Assembly: GCA_032250835.1 (NCBI GenBank)
Contig: JAVVEA010000005.1
Span: forward strand, 134,402-198,401
DNA from: a bacterium
Lineage (GTDB): Bacteria > SAR324 > XYD2-FULL-50-16
Direction of reading: 5' to 3'
Length of the DNA stretch: 64,000 nt
Made by a program: the position numbers and the translations under genes. Shown here piece by piece: positions 56,574 to 64,000 of the stretch. Below the pieces are notes generated by a model, which was not told where the DNA came from, made no database searches, and saw nothing but the letters and a program-made list of their open reading frames with translations. Positions within the stretch are counted from its first letter, which is position 1. Every line of letters begins with the position of its first letter.

Positions 56574-57617
56574 CTTGCGCCGGATCAGCACCAAGCCCAG
56601 GATGATAAAAACAACATTCGACCCAAAGGCCGCCAAGGGCGCGGGGAGAGCCCCGGCTTCAAAGAACGAAACAAACAACTGGTCGGCAAGCCAAAAAACA
56701 AAGCCCAGCACTACGGCCACCACGATACCGGTCCGCACGTTTGCCTGACGCCCCGAAAAGAGTGAGAAAGGCAACGCCAAGAGCATCATGGTGAAGACCG
56801 CCACCAGGGCCGAAATCTTCTGATACATCGCGAACAGGTCTGATTGATAATTGACCGCCCCTTGGGCCTTGATGCGGATTTCATTGATCAGGGCCCAAAA
56901 GCTAGTGTATTTTGGGTGCGGCAATTCTGGCTTAAAGACCACCGGTAGGGCTTCGGTTTCGGCTTGACGGGCCATGATGGATTGATAGGTTAAACGCTCT
57001 CCATCAATCAACAAATCTAAACCAGCGCCGATTTGCCAGCCTTCTTCTAGCTGCTTGATGCCCTCAAAACGAATGATTTCGTTTACCTTGCGGTCCGCCC
57101 CGAAGCCTATCCCACCAGCCCGACCGGCCCGTTGTTGGGTTTTGTCTAGGTCCGTAAAATAATAAAGGCGGCCTTGATAAAAACGCCAATAGGTTTTTGG
57201 TTCCGTAGGGGCCGCAAAGTCCAGTTTCTTTTCAGCGCCCCACCAGGGCGCTAGATAAGATTGGTTGAAGTAAGCAAATCCGAGGATAAACGCGCCCACC
57301 AACAACACGGGCTTCATCAATTGAGGCAGGCTGATTCCGGCTGCGTGCATGGCCGTAATCTCGCTGGTTTTAGAGAGGCTAGAGAAGGTGAGGATGGTGC
57401 CCAAAAGGACCGCAATCGGCAGGGTCAACTCCACTAACAGCGGAATCGCCGCGAGGATAGCTTCAATAAAAAGCCGGGTGCCTTCGGGCTCACCCAGCGT
57501 ATCTAACTCGCTTAAGACCACAAAGGTTAGGGCAATCCCCACCAAACTCACCAAACAGGCCCCAAAATAGAGCACAAATTCCTTGATGATGTAGCGGTCG
57601 ATTAGCCCTAAGCGCAT
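56565..57617 (-). CDS. LptF/LptG family permease
   Basis: IDRYI, SEITAMHAAGIS; 3+3 TM segments around a periplasmic domain. Confidence 0.88.
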   Translation of the reverse strand: MRLGLIDRYIIKEFVLYFGACLVSLVGIALTFVVLSELDTLGEPEGTRLFIEAILAAIPLLVELTLPIAVLLGTILTFSSLSKTSEITAMHAAGISLPQLMKPVLLVGAFILGFAYFNQSYLAPWWGAEKKLDFAAPTEPKTYWRFYQGRLYYFTDLDKTQQRAGRAGGIGFGADRKVNEIIRFEGIKQLEEGWQIGAGLDLLIDGERLTYQSIMARQAETEALPVVFKPELPHPKYTSFWALINEIRIKAQGAVNYQSDLFAMYQKISALVAVFTMMLLALPFSLFSGRQANVRTGIVVAVVLGFVFWLADQLFVSFFEAGALPAPLAAFGSNVVFIILGLVLIRRKLN

Positions 57618-57620
57618 GGT

Positions 57621-59708
57621 TTAACGGGGGGTGGCGTCAGGCAAGCCGCCGTCTACCGGGATGGTCGCCCCGGAAGTTGGGCTTTGCCGGGTGGCGAAAT
57701 AGAGCACCGCATGGCCCACATGGCGGGCGGTTACCCGGGCCTTAAGCAGGTTCCGGTTGCGGTAATATTCCTCCAATCCTTTTTCGTCTAGTCCGCGGGC
57801 CTTCATACGGTCTGGGCCCACGGTGGCCCAAAGTCCCGATTTAACTTGGTCGTCATCGCTGAAAACGCCATCGGGGCTGACCATGTTCACCCGAACATCC
57901 ATATCGGCAAATTCCAAGCTAGCGATTCGGGCCAACTGATGGCTTCCGGCTTTGGTGGCCGAATAGGCCCCAAAATTAGCGCTGGGGCTGAACACGTTTT
58001 TGGTGCTAACCAACACGATGTCTCCGCCAGCGGCTTGGCGGCGGAAGTATTTAGCGCCCTGAGAAAGCATCAACAAAGTGCCTTCAACGTTGACCTTTTC
58101 TAATAGCTGGAACCGAGCCAAGTCCATGGTTTCCAAAGGAGAAACATGGGCCAACCCGGCGTTGATCACCAACAAATCGATGCCGCCATAGGCCCGGGTG
58201 ACCTCGTCAAAGCAGGCATCAATGGATTCGGCACTGGTTACGTCCATCGGGTGGTGCATCACCTGCCCAGGGTAGGCCTGATGGAACAACTGAGCGACCC
58301 GCTCTAGGTTTTCGCCCGGCAGGTCCGTAAAAACCAGCTGCGAACCCTCTTGGGCCAAGACATGGCAGATCCCGGCCCCGATGGCACCCGCGGCTCCGGT
58401 CACAATCGAGACCCGACCACGTAGCGGCTGATCCTTTTTGCCCTTAAGCTTATGGTGCTGTAGGCCCCGGTATTCCATCTCAAAAAGATGGTCTGGGCTC
58501 AAGCCTTCAAAACGTTTGTTCATCCGTGCCAACTGGCCTTTGGCTGCCAAGGTTTGGCGTAAGATGTCGCAGGTCACTTGGGCATGTTTGACGTCCGGCC
58601 CCAAAGCAACCGCCCCAACCCCAGGCAGCAAGACCATCCGGGGGAGGTTGTCGAAGCGCTCCAATCCGGCTTCCAGTCGGCCTTGATGGGCCTCAAAATA
58701 GGCGTCATATTGCTGGGCGTAGGCATCAAAAGCAGCGGCCAACTTTTCTTTGGCCGCCTCGAGGTCCTTGGGGTCCAAGCCCTCAACGATCATGGGCAGT
58801 GCTTTGGTGCGGATCAAGTGGTCCGGCGTCAGGGGCACCGTGTTGAGATAGCTTAAATCGCCTTCTAATAGGGGTAGGACTTCAGCTTCGATCAAAGGGA
58901 GGGCTACGAACCTACGTCCGCTGCGCAGGCTTGCCATACCCCTTAAAACCGGCCCCAATTGGGTAAAGGCTTCCCAGGCCGCTTGCACTTGGGCATCCTT
59001 GGCCTTAATGGCTTGCCCGGCACCGAGCTGAACCAATTTGGTTTCAGCCAAGGTAACCGCTTCAATCATCCGGCTGTAGGAGCTTTTGGCGTCCTCACCC
59101 CAGGTAATGATCCCATGGGACATCAGCACCAGACCTTTGGCTTGGGGGTGGTCGCTCAAGGCTTGAGCGACGGCTAAAGCCAACGGGAACCCAGCGTAAG
59201 CATAGTCGAGCACCACAAAATCAGGGCCAAAGGTCTCCTGGCAAAGGGCTTTCCCGCCCTGTTGGGCCGCCAGCACTAAGACCGCATCGGCGTGCGTATG
59301 GTCCACCGCAGCGGCAGGAATCCAGGCATGCACCAAGGCTTCGATGCTAGGGTTAGCCGCATTGGGGTCCAGCAATTGACGCCGTACTTGGTTGGTCATG
59401 GTCAGGTCGTCCATGGAGGACAGCGTCTTCAACTTAAGCAAACCTTCTAATTCTAAGGCAGGCAACCCTTGGGGGGTCAACTGCGCCATATCAAAACCCG
59501 AGGCTTTGACATAGAGGCAATCAATGGACTCACCGAAGATGTTTTGGCCCTTGGCTTTGATCGAGCTATTGCCACCGCCATGCAAGATCAGAGAGGCCTC
59601 ACGGCCCAATAAACGGCTGGCATAAAGGCGTTCGACCAAGCTAGCGGAAAGTTCGGGATACTGTTGGGCCAGTTCCTTGGCCTCGGCATCGGACCAGAGA
59701 TTCAACAT
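57621..59708 (-). CDS. Bifunctional class II aldolase / short-chain dehydrogenase (RhaD-SDR type)
   Basis: GGGNSS.K, PSIE..VH, DHTH, TPDH; TGAAGAIG, NAG, YSATK. Confidence 0.92.
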   Translation of the reverse strand: MLNLWSDAEAKELAQQYPELSASLVERLYASRLLGREASLILHGGGNSSIKAKGQNIFGESIDCLYVKASGFDMAQLTPQGLPALELEGLLKLKTLSSMDDLTMTNQVRRQLLDPNAANPSIEALVHAWIPAAAVDHTHADAVLVLAAQQGGKALCQETFGPDFVVLDYAYAGFPLALAVAQALSDHPQAKGLVLMSHGIITWGEDAKSSYSRMIEAVTLAETKLVQLGAGQAIKAKDAQVQAAWEAFTQLGPVLRGMASLRSGRRFVALPLIEAEVLPLLEGDLSYLNTVPLTPDHLIRTKALPMIVEGLDPKDLEAAKEKLAAAFDAYAQQYDAYFEAHQGRLEAGLERFDNLPRMVLLPGVGAVALGPDVKHAQVTCDILRQTLAAKGQLARMNKRFEGLSPDHLFEMEYRGLQHHKLKGKKDQPLRGRVSIVTGAAGAIGAGICHVLAQEGSQLVFTDLPGENLERVAQLFHQAYPGQVMHHPMDVTSAESIDACFDEVTRAYGGIDLLVINAGLAHVSPLETMDLARFQLLEKVNVEGTLLMLSQGAKYFRRQAAGGDIVLVSTKNVFSPSANFGAYSATKAGSHQLARIASLEFADMDVRVNMVSPDGVFSDDDQVKSGLWATVGPDRMKARGLDEKGLEEYYRNRNLLKARVTARHVGHAVLYFATRQSPTSGATIPVDGGLPDATPR

Positions 59709-59773
59709 CTTTTTGGGGGGATCAGGTTGGAGAATTCTCCGGCGGCCTTCACCGCCGGAGATAGATCAAGGGC

Positions 59774-60655
59774 CTAGCCCTTTGACTTGAGGTCGTTGAA
59801 CATTTCGAAGGCCTGCTCAGCCTTCATGTTCTCGTGTACCACTGCGTTGACTGCTTGGATCATAGCCACCGGCGCTTCGGATTGGAAGATGTTACGGCCC
59901 ATGTCTACGCCAGCAGCACCTTGGTCGATGGCTTTGTAGGCCATGGTCAATGCTTCCATCTCGGGCAGCTTCTTGCCACCAGCGATCACGATGGGCACCG
60001 GACAGCCGTGGGTTACTTTCTCAAAACCTTCTTCGACAAAGTAGGTTTTGACGTAATGGGAGCCGATCTCGGCGGCGATACGGGTCGCTAAACCGAAGTA
60101 GCGGGCGTCGCGAGCCATATCAGCACCTACGCCGGTCACAGCCAAGGTGGGGATGCCCACCCGGGTGCCTTCGTCGATCAGTTTGATCACGTTCATGATC
60201 GATTGGTGCTCGAACTTGGCCCCAATGTATACCTGTGCGGCGATGGCCGAAGCGTTGAGGCGAACGGCGTCATCAATGGCCACGGCCACTTCTTCGTTAG
60301 ACAGTTCGCTCATGATCGACATCCCGCCCGAGGCGCGCAGGGCCAGAGGTTTACCCAAAGCGGGGTCCACCACTTGGCGGGCAATACCGCGGGTACACAT
60401 CAAAACATCGGCATAGGGCATCAAAGGCGCGATGGTCAGGTCGATGCGCTCTAAACCGGTGGTGGGGCCTTGGAAATAACCATGGTCAAAGGCCAGCATC
60501 ACGGTCTTACCCGTTTTGGGGTTAAACAACTGGCTCAAGCGGTGTTTCATGCCCCAGTCTAAGTTGTTTGATCCTTTCAAGAAAAAGGGCTCACTTTTTT
60601 GGGGGATACCGATCCCAAAATCCTTACCGTCTTTGAGGCCGTCCAGATCTGCCAT
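59774..60655 (-). CDS. lsrF: LsrF thiolase (class I aldolase fold)
   Basis: [50 protein letters not shown]. Confidence 0.92.
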   Translation of the reverse strand: MADLDGLKDGKDFGIGIPQKSEPFFLKGSNNLDWGMKHRLSQLFNPKTGKTVMLAFDHGYFQGPTTGLERIDLTIAPLMPYADVLMCTRGIARQVVDPALGKPLALRASGGMSIMSELSNEEVAVAIDDAVRLNASAIAAQVYIGAKFEHQSIMNVIKLIDEGTRVGIPTLAVTGVGADMARDARYFGLATRIAAEIGSHYVKTYFVEEGFEKVTHGCPVPIVIAGGKKLPEMEALTMAYKAIDQGAAGVDMGRNIFQSEAPVAMIQAVNAVVHENMKAEQAFEMFNDLKSKG

Positions 60656-60810
60656 TACGCGCTCCTAAAATAGTTACTGGTTGACAACGAGCAAGCTATA
60701 TAAATAGGGAACCGAAGGCCTTACCGTCAAGTCAAATGCCTCCCAAGGCATGGACAAGCTAGTCCGGTTCAAAGTAAGCTCAAGAGAAAACCTAAACTTG
60801 GCAACTGCCG

Positions 60811-61653
60811 ATGGAAAGTCTTAAATTCCAAGCTATGGTCCTGACCGACAATCCCGGATTGAAGGCGGACTTAAAAGAACTGATGGACGCCGAAAATCTG
60901 GAGGTCGATTTCGTCAGGAGCTATGAGAAGGCTTCGCTTAACTTAAATAAGCACCACTATGACCTAGTGGTCAGCGAAATTTGTCTAAAACCGGGTAAAA
61001 AAGAGGGCCTGGACCTGCTCAAGGGACTGCGCGAGCGTGACCGCGACCTCCCCTTCGTTTTGATCGGCACCCAAGAAAGCATTGCCGACTCAGTACAAGC
61101 AGTGAACTATGGCGTTTCCGCCTTTCTGCTGCTGCCTTTAGACTTAGAAGAAGCCCGTGAGGCCTTTGCGCGAACCATCCGCCACCACAAAAGTCGGTTC
61201 CAAAAAAACGAGCTGATCAACTACCAGATGACCAACCAATATCAGGTGGTTATCCGCTCTAGCGAACGCAGCAGCCTCAAACTACTCGACACCGTTGACA
61301 ACCTAATCGAGCTGATCTACCCCGAGGAATACGGCAGTTTCCCAGACCTAAAGATGGCGATTTACGAAGGGTTGACCAACGCCGTAGAGCATGGAAACCA
61401 AAAGGACCCGGAAAAAAATATCTACTTCCAGATTTTTTTGATGATGGACCGGATCTTGGTGCAGATTAAAGACGAAGGGCGCGGTTTCGAAGCCGACAAG
61501 GCGATGGTCGGGGGCGACTTGATGCACCGTGGCCTGAAGCTAATCAGCCACTTGATGGACGAGGTCACCTTTAACCACCAAGGCAATGAGATCAACTTCC
61601 TCAAGCTCCTGCCCCAAGAAGCCCAAATGAACCCCGAATACCGGCGCACCTAG
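60811..61653 (+). CDS. Atypical receiver domain fused to an RsbW/SpoIIAB-type ATPase
   Basis: REC-like N-terminus; EGLTNAVEHGN, DEGRGF, RGLKLI..LMDEV.FN. Confidence 0.85.
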   Translation: MESLKFQAMVLTDNPGLKADLKELMDAENLEVDFVRSYEKASLNLNKHHYDLVVSEICLKPGKKEGLDLLKGLRERDRDLPFVLIGTQESIADSVQAVNYGVSAFLLLPLDLEEAREAFARTIRHHKSRFQKNELINYQMTNQYQVVIRSSERSSLKLLDTVDNLIELIYPEEYGSFPDLKMAIYEGLTNAVEHGNQKDPEKNIYFQIFLMMDRILVQIKDEGRGFEADKAMVGGDLMHRGLKLISHLMDEVTFNHQGNEINFLKLLPQEAQMNPEYRRT

Positions 61654-61706
61654 GGCCGAAGCGGCATGCGCCTGACTCGGGGGACGGCAAGCATTTAACG
61701 TAGTGG

Positions 61707-61745
61707 GCAAAAAAAAAGGCTCCCCAAGGGGAGCCTTTTTTTTGC
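61707..61745. terminator. Bidirectional intrinsic terminator
   Basis: A9-GGCTCCCC-AA-GGGGAGCC-T8 between convergent genes. Confidence 0.92.
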
Positions 61746-61767
61746 AACCAAAAAATATTGCCGCTGA

Positions 61768-62160
61768 TTAACGCTTCGAGAACTGGAAGCGGGCGCGGGC
61801 ACCTTTCTGACCGTACTTCTTGCGTTCCACTTCGCGTGCATCACGAGTCAAGAAGCCCGCTTGGCGCAAAGCCGGGCGGTTTTCTTCGCTGAAGCTAACC
61901 AAAGCACGAGACATCCCGTGTAAGATAGCACCCGCCTGACCGGTGGTACCACCACCTTTAACGGTGATGTATGCATCAAACTGACCCTGAGTTTCGGTTA
62001 CCGCGAAGGGCCGATTGATCTGGATCAGATAGATTTCTCGGTGAAAGAACTCACCGGCCTCACGGTCATTAACCATGATTTTGCCAGTGCCGGGCCTTAA
62101 AAAGACGCGGGCTACAGATGATTTTCTTCTACCGGTACCGTAAAACTGCTGCTGAGCCAT
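61768..62160 (-). CDS. rpsI: 30S ribosomal protein S9
   Basis: YGTGRRKSSVARV, GGGTTGQAGA, QFSKR. Confidence 0.98.
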   Translation of the reverse strand: MAQQQFYGTGRRKSSVARVFLRPGTGKIMVNDREAGEFFHREIYLIQINRPFAVTETQGQFDAYITVKGGGTTGQAGAILHGMSRALVSFSEENRPALRQAGFLTRDAREVERKKYGQKGARARFQFSKR

Positions 62161-62165
62161 ATCGA

Positions 62166-62612
62166 TCAAAATTCAAGGGTGGTCGGTTTGTGTGCGCCGT
62201 GCGGGTGCGCGGGGCCAGCGTAAACTTTCAATTTATCAAGTCCATTGCGGTTAAGCTGGTTGCTGGGCAACATACCCTTAACGGCGTGCTCAATAGCGGC
62301 CGAAGGTTTGCGTTCCATCAAAGCAGCTAAGTTGGCTTGCTTGATACCACCGGGATAACCGGTGTGGTGGTAATACATCTTGTCCTTCATCTTAGCGCCG
62401 GTGACCTTCACCTTTTCGGCGTTGACCACCACGACATAGTCGCCAGTGTCCACGTGGGGCGTGTAAGTGGGCTTATGTTTGCCCTGAAGGATTTTGGCGA
62501 TTTCGGTAGCGATGCGGCCGAGGGTCTTGCCTTCCGCGTCGATCACGAACCATTCCTTCTGGAGTTCGCCGGAGACGTAGTCTTCTTTCCGGACAAAGGG
62601 GGTCTGTTTCAT
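62166..62612 (-). CDS. rplM: 50S ribosomal protein L13
   Basis: [28 protein letters not shown]. Confidence 0.98.
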   Translation of the reverse strand: MKQTPFVRKEDYVSGELQKEWFVIDAEGKTLGRIATEIAKILQGKHKPTYTPHVDTGDYVVVVNAEKVKVTGAKMKDKMYYHHTGYPGGIKQANLAALMERKPSAAIEHAVKGMLPSNQLNRNGLDKLKVYAGPAHPHGAHKPTTLEF

Positions 62613-62653
62613 CTGCTTGCCTTGTGGGAAAATCGTTTTCCGTTGAAGGATTG

Positions 62654-62682
62654 TTATTAGCGGGATGGCAAAAAACTGTCAA
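62654..62682 (-). promoter_or_regulatory. Putative sigma-70 promoter of rplM-rpsI
   Basis: TTGACA-N17-TAATAA on the minus strand. Confidence 0.45.
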
Positions 62683-62711
62683 GCTTTCCCATCCAACCAA
62701 TGGAGATTTCT

Positions 62712-63410
62712 TTAGTTAGAGCCATCCACCCAAAGGGTGAATTCGTCTACTGGCGCACGGGGGATTTCGTACTGGTTTACCCTTTCCTGGTAATCTGCAT
62801 AGCCTAAAGCCATGCCTGAAAGAAAACGCAACTCTTCACCGACGCCAAAAAATTCGCGCAGCAAATCGGGCCAGGAAATCAAAGAGGCTTCGGGACAGGT
62901 TTCTAAACCTTCGCCCAAGGCCGCTAACATGACAGACTGGTAAAACATCCCGCAATCAAAGAGCGAACCATCCTTTAGGCGGTCATCCATCGCAAAAAAC
63001 ATGGCCACCGGAGCCCCAAAGGCCTCGAAGTTTTTGCGGGACTGGGCGATACGGGCCGCTTTGTCGTCTTTATCGATATTTAGGGTGTCGTAGAGCGACA
63101 TCCCGCACTCATAACGGCGAGTGTAGTAGGGCTCAAACCACTCGGTTAGATAGGCACTCATCTGCGGTGCCGCCGGGCGGCGCTCATCGAAGGCCTTGAG
63201 TAGCAATTGGTCTAGTTCCGCTTTTTTAGACCCCATCACCACAAAGACTCGCCAAGGCTGCATGTTGGTCGAGCTGGGCGTATGTTTGGCGGTATCCAAA
63301 ATCCGCTGCACCACCTCTTTGGGGACCGGTTGGTCCTTGTAGGCGCGGAAGGAACGGCGTTCTCGGATGGCTTGGTCTACCGGTGGGTGCGCTAAAGGCT
63401 GACTTCGCAT
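62712..63410 (-). CDS. Nitroreductase family protein
   Basis: RRSFRAY, PSSTNMQPW, LGLETC-like segment, ALGY. Confidence 0.9.
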   Translation of the reverse strand: MRSQPLAHPPVDQAIRERRSFRAYKDQPVPKEVVQRILDTAKHTPSSTNMQPWRVFVVMGSKKAELDQLLLKAFDERRPAAPQMSAYLTEWFEPYYTRRYECGMSLYDTLNIDKDDKAARIAQSRKNFEAFGAPVAMFFAMDDRLKDGSLFDCGMFYQSVMLAALGEGLETCPEASLISWPDLLREFFGVGEELRFLSGMALGYADYQERVNQYEIPRAPVDEFTLWVDGSN

Positions 63411-63542
63411 GGATCAAAGGGGAATCTGGTTTATCGCCCCTATGATGCGACTTTTTTGAGGTTATGACAAGCGATGCCCCAAAAATAAAGGGCTGCTTGG
63501 AAGGAAAGACTGCCATTTGCCGATGCAGGCCAGCTAAACGCC

Positions 63543-63949
63543 GCCTTACCTTGAGGAGAAAGAAAGCGTTGAACCTACCAACCGGTAGTTTACGCCTTAT
63601 GGGCTCAACGCCCTGTTCCTTCTGTGGTTTAGCGACAAGGCCGGTCCTTTGGGGGACCGGCCCGGCTCTAGAGGAGAAAGAAAGCGTTGAACCCAGAAGG
63701 GCCCAGGGAATCTGGGACTGGTCAGGGGTCAAAGGTTGGTCAGCTCAACGCCGCCTTGCGTCATAAGATAAAGGCCCAACCGGAGTTGGGCCTTACCTTG
63801 AGGAGAAAGAAAGCGTTGAACCTACCAGCGATTAATTTAAGCCTTATGGGCTCAACGCCCTGTTCCTTCTGTGGTTTAGAGACAAGGCCGGTCCTTTGGG
63901 GGGACCGGCCCGGCTCTAGAGGAGAAAGAAAGCGTTGAACCCAGAAGGG
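63543..63949. repeat. Two ~160-bp direct repeats (63543-63701 and 63790-63949) with internal hairpins
   Basis: Near-identical copies. The 23-mer GAGGAGAAAGAAAGCGTTGAACC occurs at 63553, 63671, 63800 and 63919. Confidence 0.92.
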
Positions 63950-64000
63950 TTCTGTAACCTTAGCCCCAGCGGATTCCCGCTTAGGGGTCTGCGGTTCCCA

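Noticed and set aside
63226-63938. ORFs 63226..63732, 63464..63766 and 63687..63938
   Set aside because: They run through the repeats, and the reading frame is not conserved between the two copies.
63543-63949. CRISPR array
   Set aside because: The segments between the 23-mers are about 95-106 bp and two of them are near-identical. No cas genes are present in the window.

Overview
Gene-dense chromosomal window (about 55% GC by eye) from a flagellated diderm bacterium. Gene content looks deltaproteobacterial-like, but taxonomy is not established here. Most of it is housekeeping: dcd, tgt, rnr, moaC, pyrF, aroC, dksA, fliR-flhB-flhA, thrS, eno, tRNA-Ile2(CAU), tolQRAB-cpoB, obgE, rplM-rpsI. 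It also holds a Ktr K+ uptake operon, a histidine-kinase cluster, a di-haem cytochrome c peroxidase and an lsrF-aldolase/SDR pair. I saw no CRISPR array, transposase, integrase or rRNA. The strongest candidates for undescribed biology are: (1) a MurE-like ligase fused to an alanine-racemase-like domain, with altered substrate motifs in both halves; (2) an operon encoding a FadL/PorV/TraF_2-type outer-membrane barrel and two large lipoproteins, one with an EF-hand; (3) RadC with an N-terminal EndoIII-like 4-Cys motif; (4) a kinase-less sensor-HAMP protein coupled to ktrA; (5) a structured ~160-bp non-coding repeat at the window end. All family calls come from motif recognition by eye; no searches were run.
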